A stretch of 40,453 bases of DNA from Acidobacteriota bacterium (GCA_021296535.1 JAGWAG010000012.1:10152-50604); one strand, 5' to 3'; counted from the stretch's first letter, positions 17,585 through 28,084 are shown. Notes: generated by a model from the letters alone, not told the origin. A program made the numbers and translations.

Positions 17585-20500
17585 TGACAACGGAGGAACA
17601 CGTGGACGCGCGGACAGGTTCGTCCCAGAATCCGGAGCGGCCGGAGTCGTCTCCGCCGGAGGTCGAGGCGCACCGCCACGTCCACCCGCTCATCCGCTTC
17701 GCGGTAGAGCGCAGGGTGACGATGTTCATGGCGACCCTGGGCGTGCTGGTGCTCGGCTGGCTGTCCCTTACCCGGCTGCCGCTGGAGTTCCTGCCCCTTT
17801 TCCAGTCGTCCAACATCTCGGTCCGGGTGCCCTACCAGTCGTCCTCTCCGGAGGAGGTCGCACGGTCGATCGTCTGGCCCCTCGAAGACAGCCTGGGGAC
17901 GATCAACGGCGTCCGGCTGCTTCGCTCACGGGCCAGCGGCAACTCGGCCTCGGTCGACATCGAGTTCCAGGACGGGACGGACATGGAACTGGCGGCCGTC
18001 GACGTCCGCGACCGGATCGACCGCGTGCGCAACGAACTGCCCAGCGACGTGGAGCAGGTCTACGTCCGCCGTTTCGAGAGCACCGACATTCCGGTTCTCC
18101 GCAGCAGTCTCAGCGCGACCTGGACGCAGGACGAGCTGAACGACTTCGTGGAGGACGTACTCCTGCCGCGGATCGAGCGGCTGGAGGGCGTGGCGCAGGC
18201 TGAAGTCTGGGGCATGCTGAGCCGGGAACTGCGGATCGAGTTGCTGCCCGACCGCATGGCAGCGCACGGTGTGGACATTCGTGAGCTACGCCAGGTCCTT
18301 CAGAGCAACCACGTCAACGTGTCGGGCGGGTACCTGCGCGAGGGGAGCCGCCGCCTGCTGGTGCGGACCGTCGGCGAGTTCCGAACGCCCGACGAGATCC
18401 GGCGCCTGCCGATCCGCGGCGATGGCCTGCGGGTGGCCGATATCGCCGACGTGAAGTTCGGCTATCCGGACAAGTACGAGTACAGCTTCCTCAATGGGAC
18501 CGAGGCGATCAGTCTGAGCGTGAACAAGGCCTCCGACGCGAATCTGCTGGATGTCGTCAACCGGGTCAAGGAGGAGTTGGAGGCGATCCGGCAGACGCCC
18601 GAGGGCGAAGGCCTCGAGTTCCGCCACTTCCACGACACCTCGGTCGACGTGCGCCAGGGGCTGACGGAGCTGGGCCGTAGCGGCCTCATTGGCGGCGGTC
18701 TGGCGATCGTCTTCATGTTCCTCTTCCTTAGGAAGTTCCGGACCACGCTGTTGGTGGCCCTTGCGGTTCCGCTCTCCCTGGTCATGACCTTCGTCATGAT
18801 GTACCTCGGCCGGCAGGCCGGAGTCACCGAGATCACGCTGAACGTGATGAGCCTGATGGGGCTGATGCTCGCGATCGGGATGCTCCTCGACAACTCGATC
18901 GTGGTCATCGAGTCGATCTTCCGTCACCGTCAGGAACTCGGCGCCAGTGCGAAGGAAGCCGCCCTGCGCGGCGCCAGCGACGTCGCGATGCCGATCATCT
19001 GCTCGACGATGACCACGATGTGCGTGTTCGTGCCGCTCATCTTCTTCGGCAGCGGCGGCGGCGGGCCAGGCAGCTTCTCGCGCTTCATGGGCGACATCGG
19101 CACGACCGTGTGCGTGGTCATGCTCGGGTCCCTGGTCATCTCCCTGACCGTGGTGCCCATGATCGCGGCGATCCTGCTCAAGTCGGAGAGCAAGCGCCGG
19201 TTCAAGCTCCTCGACCGGATCAGCGAGTGGTACGGGGCGACGCTGGGCTTCACCCTGCGCCACCGCTTCGTGTTCACGGTGGTGATCGGCACGCTGCTCT
19301 ACGGTTCCTGGGAGCTGTACAACAGCATCGAGCGGAGTTTCAACCAGCCGTCCCAGGGCAGGGCGCTGACCATCTTCGTCGACACGCCGCGGCAGATGGG
19401 AATGGACGATCGCCTCGCCCTTTACGACGAGGTCTACACGCTGCTCGATTCCAGGCGCGACGAGTGGGAAATCGCCGACATCGCCCACGAGGTGCGCCGG
19501 GGCGGCGGCCGCAGCCGGGGATACGGCGGCGGCAACCGCTTCGAGGTCTATCTCAAGCCGGAGGAGGTCTCGGAGCTTTCCACGGACGAGGTCACGGAGC
19601 TCATCCGGGAGGCGATGCCGCAGCGGGTGGGCGTGCTGTTCAAACTCGCCCGCACCGAGTTCGGGCCGCCGGGTTCGGGGAGATCCGGAATCGAGGTGGA
19701 ACTGATCGGCGACGACATGGGCACACTCGAGCTCCTGGTGCCGCGAATCACCCAACGGCTGCGCCAGATTCCCATCGTCGGCGATATCGACAACTCGTTC
19801 GAGAGCGGCGACGACGAGATCCGGGTGTCGGTGAACCGCGAGCGGGCGCTCCAGGGCGGCCTGTCGAGTCAGGCGGTGGCGATGACGGTCAACGGAGCGC
19901 TGTCAAGCCGTTCGCTGGCGTACTTCAAGACCGCGGAGCGCGAGATCGGCATGGTCATGCAGTACCGCGAGGAGGACCGCGAGACGCTCGATCAGTTGCG
20001 GAAGATGCCGGTCCTCGTGTCGGACCCGAACGGCGAGTCGGGAGGGGTCACCCTGCCGATATCGAGCCTGGCCTCGTTCCAGGTCCAGAGCGGCCCGTCC
20101 GAGGTCGAGCGTGAGAATCGCCGCGCCAAGGTGGAGATTGACGCGACGGCCGCTGGCGGTGTCCCGGGCTTCATGCTGCGGCGGCCGGTCCAGATGGCTC
20201 TTGCCGACGTGCCGCTGCCGCCGGGCTACGAGTGGTCGCTCGGCAGGAGGTTCATGGAGGCCGAGGAGGACGCATCGCGCGCCGTCCTGGCGATGATCCT
20301 CGCCGTCGTGCTGATCTACATGATCATGGCGGCCCTGTTCGAGGACTTCCTCCAGCCCTTCACGATCATGCTGTCGATTCCCTTCGCCTTCATCGGTGTC
20401 GGCCTGATCATGTACCTCGCCGGCCAGCCGAGGGACGACTCGTCGAACATGGGGCTTCTCATCCTGGCCGGAATCGTGGTGAACAACGCGATCGTCCTGA

Positions 20501-20847
20501 TCGACCACATCAATCGACTGCGCCGCGAGGGCCTCTCCCGCTACGACGCGATCGTCCTGGGCGGCAAGCACCGGTTGCGGCCGATCCTGATGACGGCGGT
20601 CACGACGATCCTGGGCCTGTCGCCCATGGTCGCGCCGTTCTTCCTGCCCGAAGTGTTCGGGCAGCCCGAGGGTCGGGCGGCCTTCTGGGCGCCGGTGGGT
20701 CTCGTGATTCTGGGCGGTCTGACCACCTCGACCTTCCTGACTTTGCTCGTGATTCCGACGGTCTATTCCCTGGTCGATGACGTGAAGCTCTTCGTCCAGC
20801 GGGTTGTGCGAGCGGCAGTCGCCGTTCCGCGGAGAAAGATGGCATGA
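17584..20847 (+). CDS. RND efflux transporter permease subunit 1 (AcrB/MdtB-like)
   Basis: About 1087 aa; RLPLEFLP, GMLLDNSIVVIE (TM4), GIVVNNAIVLID (TM10), RLRPILMT, GGLTTSTFLTL; TGATG overlap with the upstream gene. Confidence 0.95.
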   Translation: MTTEEHVDARTGSSQNPERPESSPPEVEAHRHVHPLIRFAVERRVTMFMATLGVLVLGWLSLTRLPLEFLPLFQSSNISVRVPYQSSSPEEVARSIVWPLEDSLGTINGVRLLRSRASGNSASVDIEFQDGTDMELAAVDVRDRIDRVRNELPSDVEQVYVRRFESTDIPVLRSSLSATWTQDELNDFVEDVLLPRIERLEGVAQAEVWGMLSRELRIELLPDRMAAHGVDIRELRQVLQSNHVNVSGGYLREGSRRLLVRTVGEFRTPDEIRRLPIRGDGLRVADIADVKFGYPDKYEYSFLNGTEAISLSVNKASDANLLDVVNRVKEELEAIRQTPEGEGLEFRHFHDTSVDVRQGLTELGRSGLIGGGLAIVFMFLFLRKFRTTLLVALAVPLSLVMTFVMMYLGRQAGVTEITLNVMSLMGLMLAIGMLLDNSIVVIESIFRHRQELGASAKEAALRGASDVAMPIICSTMTTMCVFVPLIFFGSGGGGPGSFSRFMGDIGTTVCVVMLGSLVISLTVVPMIAAILLKSESKRRFKLLDRISEWYGATLGFTLRHRFVFTVVIGTLLYGSWELYNSIERSFNQPSQGRALTIFVDTPRQMGMDDRLALYDEVYTLLDSRRDEWEIADIAHEVRRGGGRSRGYGGGNRFEVYLKPEEVSELSTDEVTELIREAMPQRVGVLFKLARTEFGPPGSGRSGIEVELIGDDMGTLELLVPRITQRLRQIPIVGDIDNSFESGDDEIRVSVNRERALQGGLSSQAVAMTVNGALSSRSLAYFKTAEREIGMVMQYREEDRETLDQLRKMPVLVSDPNGESGGVTLPISSLASFQVQSGPSEVERENRRAKVEIDATAAGGVPGFMLRRPVQMALADVPLPPGYEWSLGRRFMEAEEDASRAVLAMILAVVLIYMIMAALFEDFLQPFTIMLSIPFAFIGVGLIMYLAGQPRDDSSNMGLLILAGIVVNNAIVLIDHINRLRREGLSRYDAIVLGGKHRLRPILMTAVTTILGLSPMVAPFFLPEVFGQPEGRAAFWAPVGLVILGGLTTSTFLTLLVIPTVYSLVDDVKLFVQRVVRAAVAVPRRKMA

Positions 20848-22409
20848 AACGAGAACGACTCGTGGGCGCGGGCCGCCAGGCTGGCGCCGTCCTGTTGATC
20901 GCGGCACTAGGTGTCGCCGGCATCGGCTGCGGGCAGTCGAACGCCGAACCCAGCGGCGAGAACCCCCGCGCCGGGCAAGGCGGGCCGGGCGGCGGCCGGC
21001 CGGGCGGCGGTCCCGGAGGCCGTGGCGGCGGTCCTCCCGGGGGCTTTCCGGGTGGCATGCCGGGTTTCGGCGCTCCCGCTTCCGTGATTCCGGTCAGGGT
21101 AACGAGCGTCATTCGCCGCGACATCGCGGACTACCTGGAAACGAACGGTTCGCTCGAAGCCGAGAACGAGGTCGACATCGTGGCCCGGACGGACGGCCCT
21201 ATCGTCGAACTGAACGTGGAGGAGGGTGACTTCGTCCGCGCCGGCCAGGTGCTGGCGCGCATCGACGCGGCGGAGATCGAGGCCCAGCTCGGGATCGCCC
21301 GCGTCAACCTGGCCGAGGCGGAACTGGTGTGGAACCGGGCCCAGTCGTCCTACCGCGAGGAGGTGATCAGCCAGGAGGCGTACGACCTCGCGAAATCGAA
21401 CTTCGACGCCGCCGCCGCCCAGATCGTGGGCACCGAGATCCTCCTGGATTACACCGTGATTCGAGCACCCTTCGACGGCCTGATCATCGAGAGGGTGATC
21501 AAGAATGCCGAGCACGTCTCGAACAACGCGAGGCTGTTCCGGATCTCCGATTTCGATCCGCTGCTCTGTCCGATCCAGCTTCCCGAGAAGGATCTGCCGC
21601 GGCTCGAGCTCGGTCAAACCGCGTACCTCACGGTCGAGGCGTATCCCGGGGTGCGCTTTCCGGCCCGCGTGCTGCGGATCAGCCCGGTCGTCGATCCGGC
21701 GACGGGTACGGTCAAGGTCACTCTGGAAGTGCAGGCCCAGGGGCGCCTGCGTCCCGGAATGTTCGCCAGCGTATTCGTCGAGACGGATATCCACGAGAAC
21801 GCGCTCGTCGTGCCGAAGCAGGCTCTGGTCCTGGAGAGCACGTCCGACACCGTGTACGTGGCGATGGACGACGGGGAAGGCGGCACCGTCGCCCGGCGTC
21901 GTTCACTCGAACTCGGCTACGAGGAGAGCGACAGCCTGGAGGTGCTCTCCGGCCTGAGCGAGGGGGAGGACGTCGTGATCGTCGGTCAGGACAGCCTTTC
22001 CGACCAGACGCCGGTGACGATCGACGAACGAGAGGGACCGGCGGCGGGGCCCACGACGTTCACTTCATTGCCGGCCCCGGGCGCCGGGAGCCCCGCCCGG
22101 GTCGCCAACGCTCAAGCAGCGCCGGCTGCCGGCGGCGCGACAACCGCCGAGCAGGCCGCGCCGCAGGCCCGCCCGCCGGGCGGTCCCGGGGCCCTACGCG
22201 GCGGCCCTCCGGGCGGATTCGATCCGAGTCAACTGACGCCGGAACGGATCGAGATGATGAAGGCCCGCATGAAGGAACGGGGCATGAGCGAGGAACAGAT
22301 CGACCAGATGATCGAGCGGATCCGGAGCGGGCAGGGGCCGCCGGGAGGACCGCCAGGCGAGCAGCAGGGTGGACCGCCAAGTCGGCCGCAGAATCGGCCG
22401 CAAGGTTGA
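20844..22409 (+). CDS. RND periplasmic adaptor (MFP) lipoprotein with Gly/Pro-rich extensions
   Basis: Lipobox GIGC, VEEGDFVRAGQVLARID, IRAPFDG, ISPVVDPATGT, LRPGMF. Confidence 0.93.
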   Translation: MKRERLVGAGRQAGAVLLIAALGVAGIGCGQSNAEPSGENPRAGQGGPGGGRPGGGPGGRGGGPPGGFPGGMPGFGAPASVIPVRVTSVIRRDIADYLETNGSLEAENEVDIVARTDGPIVELNVEEGDFVRAGQVLARIDAAEIEAQLGIARVNLAEAELVWNRAQSSYREEVISQEAYDLAKSNFDAAAAQIVGTEILLDYTVIRAPFDGLIIERVIKNAEHVSNNARLFRISDFDPLLCPIQLPEKDLPRLELGQTAYLTVEAYPGVRFPARVLRISPVVDPATGTVKVTLEVQAQGRLRPGMFASVFVETDIHENALVVPKQALVLESTSDTVYVAMDDGEGGTVARRRSLELGYEESDSLEVLSGLSEGEDVVIVGQDSLSDQTPVTIDEREGPAAGPTTFTSLPAPGAGSPARVANAQAAPAAGGATTAEQAAPQARPPGGPGALRGGPPGGFDPSQLTPERIEMMKARMKERGMSEEQIDQMIERIRSGQGPPGGPPGEQQGGPPSRPQNRPQG

Positions 22410-22443
22410 TCCGACTCCGGAGTTCCTGACCAGGTAACACAAC

Positions 22444-25400
22444 ATGAAGGTCGTTTCCTTCGCCACCCGGCGACCGGTCACCGTGTTCATCTTCGCCCTC
22501 GCGGCGGTGGTGTTCGGCGGCGTCGCCTTCCGCGATCTCGCGGTCGACCTGCTGCCGGACATCACCTATCCGTCGCTGACCGTTCAGACGGAGTACGAAG
22601 GCGCGGCGCCGGTCGAGATGGAGAACCTGATCACGCGGCCGGTCGAGGACGCGGTCGGCGTGGTGAACGGCGTCAACCGGGTTGTCTCCAGTTCGCGGGC
22701 CGACATCAGCGAGGTCACCCTGGAGTTCTCCTGGGGAACGAACATGGACTTCGCGTCGCTCGACGTGCGCGAACGGCTGGATCAGGTGCGGTTGCCGATC
22801 GAGGCCGAACGGCCGGTGCTGCTGCGCTACGACCCCTCTCTCGATCCGATCCTGCGGATGGGCCTGGCCGCCGGCGGGAGCGACCTGATCGCGCTGCGCC
22901 TGCTGGCCGAGGAGGACCTGAAACGGAAGCTCGAGCGCCTGGAAGGGGTGGCCGCGGTCGTCGTCAGCGGCGGCCTGGAGGAGGAAATCCAGGTCGAGAT
23001 CGACGAACGTCGCCTGACGAGTCTCGGGTTGACGATGAACCAAGTGATGAACCGCCTGGCGCAGGAAAACGTGAACCTGACCGGCGGCCGGCTGCGCGAC
23101 GGTCAGACGGACTACCTGGTGCGAACGATCAACGAGCTGCTGCGTCCGGAGGAGATGCGGGAAATCGTGATCGATCGATCCCAGGGCGCGATCGTGCGCC
23201 TGGAGGACATCGCCCGCGTCTACCAGGGCGCCAGGGAACGGGAGGTGATCACCCGCATCGACGGCCGGGAGGCCGTGGAGATCGCGGTCTACAAGGAGGG
23301 CGGCACGAACACAGTGACCGTCGCATCCGCCGTCCTCGATCGGGTGGAGGAGCTCGAGGAGAATCTCAGGCAGATCGATCCGCAGCTCGAGCTCACGGTG
23401 CTCACCGACCAGTCGCGCTACATCCGCGACTCCGTGTCTGCCGTGATCGAAACAGCCCTGATCGGCGGCTCGCTCGCGATCGTCGTCCTGTTCCTGTTCC
23501 TTCGCAGTGCGCCCAAGACGCTGATCATCGGGATCTCGATCCCGGTCTCCGTCGTGGCGACCTTCTTCCTGATGTACGTCGCCGGCGTGTCGCTGAACAT
23601 CATGTCGCTGGGCGGGATCACGCTCGGCATCGGCCTGCTGCTGGACAACTCGATCGTCGTCCTGGAGGCGATCCAGCGGCGCCGTGACCAGGGCGTGGGC
23701 GTCGTCGAGGCCGCCCGTGGCGGTGCCTCCGAGGTAGGCCGTGCAGTGATCGCGAGCACGATCACTACCGTCTGCGTGTTCGTGCCGATCGTGTTCGTCG
23801 AGGGCGTCGCCGGCCAGATGTTCGGCGATCAGGCACTGACCGTGACCTTCTCCCTGCTCGTCTCGCTGGGGGTCGCGCTGACCGTGATTCCGATGCTCGC
23901 CTCCCGGAAGTTCTTCGCCGGCGGCGAGAAGATCGAGACCGTCGATCTGGCCGGACGATCCAATCCGATCACCCGCGGCCTGGCGGCTTTCTTCAACGCG
24001 ATAGGGGTTGGAGTCGCGCTGACGGTCAAGACGGTGGTCGGTGGCGTCGCCATGGTCATGTCATGGCTCCTGCGGCCCGTGCTTGCCGGTTTCGACGCCT
24101 TGCTGCGGGGAATCACCGCGGTCTACGCCCGGATCCTCCGCGGCGCGCTGCGCCATCCCGCTCTGGTCGTCCTGGTGGCCATCGTGCTCCTGGCCGGCAG
24201 CGTGCAACTCGTCGGCTCGCTGGGCAGCGAACTCGTGCCGGAGCTGATCCAGGGCGAGTTCTACGTCGACGCCGAACTGGCGCCGGGCAGCCGGCTCGCA
24301 GTAACGGACCGGCGGCTGGCGGTCATCGACGAGCGCGTGCGCGCGTTTGCCGATGAGTTCGGCGTGCAGTCGGTCTACACCGTGGTCGGCACCTCGAACG
24401 AACAGGGTGGCGCCGCCGGCGAGAGGCGGGAGAACATCGGTCAGGTCAACGTGCGGATGGAACCGCCGATCGACGCCGAGCGCGAGGAGTTCGTGATGAG
24501 CTGGATCCGGGACCTGATCGACGGGGAGAATGCGTCCTTCGCCGGTCAGGCGCCGCCCGTCGCGGGCGCGGCGGCGGTTCCGGTCGGCGCGGGCGCCGTC
24601 GACGCCGGTTCGGCGCTCGGAGACGATTCGCTGAAGTACAGGTTCGGCCGTCCCACGTACTTCAGCTTCAGGAGCCCGGTCGAAGTCCAGATCCGTGGCC
24701 ACAATCTCGCCCTGCTGGAGGTGTTGGCCGACCAGGTGGCATCGCGAATGCGCGAGGTCGAGGGTCTCGTCGACGTCAAGTCGTCCACCGAGGGCGGCAA
24801 CCCGGAGTTGCAGATCGTCTTCGACCGGGAGCGGCTGTCGGCATTGAACTACACCGTCGCCCAGCTCGGCGCCGTCATCCGGTCCAAGGTGCAGGGCGAT
24901 ATCGCGACCGACATCGTCCGCGAGGACCGCAACATCGAAGTGCGGATGCGGACCGACGAGGGCTACCGTGACTCCGTTCGCGACCTGCGCAACCTGAACA
25001 TCCGCCAGAGCGGCGCCACGCCGCTGCCCCTGTCGGCGGTGGCGGATGTGATCGAGACGGAGGGGCCGGCCGAGATCCGCCGCAGCGACGGCGGCCGGGT
25101 CGCGCTGATCGAGGCGAACATCGTCGGCCGTGACCTGGGCAGCGTCTCGGACGACATTCAGTCGATTCTCGATTCGACCCGGTTCCCGGTCGGCTTCGAC
25201 TACTCGGTCGGCGGCCAGCGCCAGGAGATGGAGCGCTCATTCGACAGCATGCGGCTCGCGATCCTGCTGGCGGTGTTCATGGTCTACCTCGTCATGGCGT
25301 CCCAGTTCGAGTCCCTGCTGCACCCCTTCGTCATCCTGTTCGCGGTGCCCTTCTCGGTCATCGGGGCGATCGGCATCCTCTACCTGACGCGTACCCCGGT

Positions 25401-25758
25401 GAGTATCGTCGTTTTGATCGGCGGCATCCTGCTGGCCGGAATCGTCGTCAACAACGCGATCATCCTGATCGACTACACGAACCGCCTGCGCCGCGCCGGC
25501 AAGGCGAAGATCGATGCCATCCGTGAGGCCTGCCTGGTGCGGCTGCGGCCGATCCTGATGACGACCTCGACCACCGTGCTGGGGCTGCTGCCGATGGCCC
25601 TGGGGTTGGGCGAGGGAGCGGAACTCAGAACGCCGATGGCGCTGACCGTGGTCGGCGGGCTGTTGACGTCGACGCTCCTGACCCTGATCGTGATTCCGGC
25701 GCTCTATCTGCTGCTGGACCTCCACAAGCATGAGGCCGTCGCCGAGGCTGCGGGTTAG
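22444..25758 (+). CDS. RND efflux transporter permease subunit 2
   Basis: LAVDLLPDITYP, GLLLDNSIVVLE, MASQFESLLHP, GIVVNNAIILID, RLRPILMT. Confidence 0.95.
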   Translation: MKVVSFATRRPVTVFIFALAAVVFGGVAFRDLAVDLLPDITYPSLTVQTEYEGAAPVEMENLITRPVEDAVGVVNGVNRVVSSSRADISEVTLEFSWGTNMDFASLDVRERLDQVRLPIEAERPVLLRYDPSLDPILRMGLAAGGSDLIALRLLAEEDLKRKLERLEGVAAVVVSGGLEEEIQVEIDERRLTSLGLTMNQVMNRLAQENVNLTGGRLRDGQTDYLVRTINELLRPEEMREIVIDRSQGAIVRLEDIARVYQGAREREVITRIDGREAVEIAVYKEGGTNTVTVASAVLDRVEELEENLRQIDPQLELTVLTDQSRYIRDSVSAVIETALIGGSLAIVVLFLFLRSAPKTLIIGISIPVSVVATFFLMYVAGVSLNIMSLGGITLGIGLLLDNSIVVLEAIQRRRDQGVGVVEAARGGASEVGRAVIASTITTVCVFVPIVFVEGVAGQMFGDQALTVTFSLLVSLGVALTVIPMLASRKFFAGGEKIETVDLAGRSNPITRGLAAFFNAIGVGVALTVKTVVGGVAMVMSWLLRPVLAGFDALLRGITAVYARILRGALRHPALVVLVAIVLLAGSVQLVGSLGSELVPELIQGEFYVDAELAPGSRLAVTDRRLAVIDERVRAFADEFGVQSVYTVVGTSNEQGGAAGERRENIGQVNVRMEPPIDAEREEFVMSWIRDLIDGENASFAGQAPPVAGAAAVPVGAGAVDAGSALGDDSLKYRFGRPTYFSFRSPVEVQIRGHNLALLEVLADQVASRMREVEGLVDVKSSTEGGNPELQIVFDRERLSALNYTVAQLGAVIRSKVQGDIATDIVREDRNIEVRMRTDEGYRDSVRDLRNLNIRQSGATPLPLSAVADVIETEGPAEIRRSDGGRVALIEANIVGRDLGSVSDDIQSILDSTRFPVGFDYSVGGQRQEMERSFDSMRLAILLAVFMVYLVMASQFESLLHPFVILFAVPFSVIGAIGILYLTRTPVSIVVLIGGILLAGIVVNNAIILIDYTNRLRRAGKAKIDAIREACLVRLRPILMTTSTTVLGLLPMALGLGEGAELRTPMALTVVGGLLTSTLLTLIVIPALYLLLDLHKHEAVAEAAG

Positions 25759-25768
25759 GCCGGACGCA

Positions 25769-28084
25769 CTACGGGAAGGCCTCTTCGAGTTCCGGGGCCG
25801 TCCAGGGATCGACCCGGTCGCTCGTCCGCTGGCGAACGTTGGTCACGAGTTCGGGTGAGACCGGATCGGCCGCGTTGCCCCAGCTTCGGCGGATGTAGGT
25901 CAGCAGGGCGGCGACCGCGGTGTCGGGCAGGCGAGGATCGGGGGCGAAGCCGGGCATCAGGTCGTCCCAGGTTTCGCCGTGCACCTCGATCGGCCCCTCG
26001 ATTCCCTGGAGGACGAGGGCAATGAGGCGCTCGGGGGAGCCGAGGACCCAGGGCGAGTCGACCAGGCTCGGGCCGAGACCTTCCTGCCCCTGACCGTCGT
26101 TGTTGTGGCAGGAGCGGCAGGCGCGGTAGTGACGACGGCCGCTGTTGAACTGGGCTGCCTCGGCGGCGGTCAGGGCGGGTGCTTCGGCTCGTGCCTCCGG
26201 TGGACCGGCGGCGTCGGCAGCGTTCAGGTTCGCGGCGAGTGCGACCTGGCGGTGGAAGGGATCGTCGGGGCTGGCGGCGACCCGTTCAGTCAGAGTGCTT
26301 CTTGCCCAGGGTGTTTGACGGGCCACCGCGCCCAGACTCAGCAGGGCCTGGGCGCGGACCTGTGGAGACGAGGAGTCGAGCAGTTCGCCGAGCACGGCAG
26401 GTCCGTCGCGGCTGCCACCGGCGAGGTAGGTTTCGCCGACTCGCAGGCCGTGGGCGAGGAGCCAGGGATCCCCGGCCCCAAGCGCGTCATGCACCAATTC
26501 GTCGTCCAGCTCCCCGCGGCCGTGGAGCGTCCACAGGGCGTGTATTCGTGCGAGCGGACCGGCGCCTGAACGGGCCAGTTCCCGCAGTGCATCCCGGCCG
26601 GCGTCGTCGAGTTCGTTCTCGACCAGCAGGCGCTGGGCCGTGTCGCGGTGCCAGCCATTCGGGTGGGACAGGGCGGCGATCCGGTCGGCTGCGGTCCCGA
26701 GGCTCGGGGTGGCGCGACGAACCGGGGCCGCCTCCTCGGCATCGCCCTCCCAGACCACACGATAGATACGGCCCATGCCGATCGGCCGGTCCAGCCCGTG
26801 CTCGAGGATGTACTGGCGCAGGTAGGTCGTGACGTACCTCACGTGCTGCAGGATGCCGCGGTACATGTCGATCACGTACAGCGCCCCGTCCGGCCCGATC
26901 GTCGCGTCGACGGGCCGGAAGCGCTCGTCGGTCGAGGCCAGGAACTCGCGCTCGACCCACTCGGGATCGCCGTAGCGACGGTGCTCGGCGACCAGGGTCG
27001 GGATCCCGTTCTCCACCGCACCGGGGGCGAGATCGAAGTGCGCCACCGCGTTGCCAGCCGGCTCCGGCACGAACACGTCACCCCGGAAGGTGGCGGGGAA
27101 CTGGTCGCCGCGATAGACCGTCAGCCCGCTGACCGAAGTGGTCACGGCGAGCCTGCCGTCGTCGCGCAGCATGCCCTTCACGTAGCCGCGGTTGATGCCG
27201 GGATTGACCCGGATCGAGTAGACGGACTCGTCGTGGACAAGGCGTTCGCTGGCGCCGATGCCGCCGCCCCGCGGCTGGTGCTCCGGGTTGGCCAGGGCGT
27301 AGTCGGCCGGGATGAGATCGGCGAAGAGGTAGCGTGAGTTCGTGTTGTAGTAGAGGCGGCCGACGTCGTCCTGAGCGATGCCCCACTGACCGCGAAACAG
27401 GGTCGAATCGACCTCAACCGAGAGGCCACCGGCATCGCGCCGCAACCGGAAGCGGCGATCGGACTTCGCGTTGTAGATCCAGTTGTCGAGCGCCCAGAGC
27501 AGCCCGTTCTCCGTGTGCTCGAGCAGGTCGGGGTCGGGATCGCCGTAGTCGAGCAGCCGCTCGCGGCTCGCGCAGTGGGGCAGAGCTCCATCGTCCGCCT
27601 CGCTCCGGCACAGCCACAGGTTCGGCGGTTCGCCGATCAGGATCCCGCCGGAGACGGCGGCGATGGCCCGCGGACTGACCAGTCCGTCCAGGTAGACCCC
27701 GTGGCGATCCATCATGCCGTCGTGGTCCGTGTCCTCGAGCACGACGATCCGGCCTATCGGCTCCTGCTCACCCTCGCCGTCGACTGTCGGCATGAAGCCG
27801 CGCATCTCGACCACGTAGAGGAGGCCGCGCTCGTCCCAGGCGATCGCCACGGGATCCTCGACCAGGGGTTCCGCGGCCACGAGTTCGAGGCGGAAACCCG
27901 GGGCCACGCGGAAGCTCGCCATCGCCTCCGCCGGAGACAGGGGAGGGGCACCGGGCACCTCGAACTGGCGCCACACCTGGTCCATGACATGGCCTTCGCG
28001 GTCGCCGCGTTGGGCGGCGACGGGGACCGAGGCCGAAGCCACGCCAATCAGGGCCGCCGCGGCCATCAGTGATCTCCCGCCCAT
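25769..28084 (-). CDS. Secreted PVC-type putative dehydrogenase: beta-propeller, HEAT-like repeats and C-terminal cytochrome c
   Basis: Signal peptide; GFRLELVAAEPLVEDPVAIAWDERG, RIVVLEDTDHDG, DERFRPV...GPDGALYVIDMYRG; HEAT-like ALSHPNGWHRDTAQRLL; heme motif CRSCH with distal MPGF. Confidence 0.85.
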   Translation of the reverse strand: MGGRSLMAAAALIGVASASVPVAAQRGDREGHVMDQVWRQFEVPGAPPLSPAEAMASFRVAPGFRLELVAAEPLVEDPVAIAWDERGLLYVVEMRGFMPTVDGEGEQEPIGRIVVLEDTDHDGMMDRHGVYLDGLVSPRAIAAVSGGILIGEPPNLWLCRSEADDGALPHCASRERLLDYGDPDPDLLEHTENGLLWALDNWIYNAKSDRRFRLRRDAGGLSVEVDSTLFRGQWGIAQDDVGRLYYNTNSRYLFADLIPADYALANPEHQPRGGGIGASERLVHDESVYSIRVNPGINRGYVKGMLRDDGRLAVTTSVSGLTVYRGDQFPATFRGDVFVPEPAGNAVAHFDLAPGAVENGIPTLVAEHRRYGDPEWVEREFLASTDERFRPVDATIGPDGALYVIDMYRGILQHVRYVTTYLRQYILEHGLDRPIGMGRIYRVVWEGDAEEAAPVRRATPSLGTAADRIAALSHPNGWHRDTAQRLLVENELDDAGRDALRELARSGAGPLARIHALWTLHGRGELDDELVHDALGAGDPWLLAHGLRVGETYLAGGSRDGPAVLGELLDSSSPQVRAQALLSLGAVARQTPWARSTLTERVAASPDDPFHRQVALAANLNAADAAGPPEARAEAPALTAAEAAQFNSGRRHYRACRSCHNNDGQGQEGLGPSLVDSPWVLGSPERLIALVLQGIEGPIEVHGETWDDLMPGFAPDPRLPDTAVAALLTYIRRSWGNAADPVSPELVTNVRQRTSDRVDPWTAPELEEAFP

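Noticed and set aside
20975-21075. ggcggccgg/ggcggt repeats as a possible DNA repeat array
   Set aside because: They encode the Gly/Pro linker of the MFP; there is no repeat-spacer periodicity, so not CRISPR.
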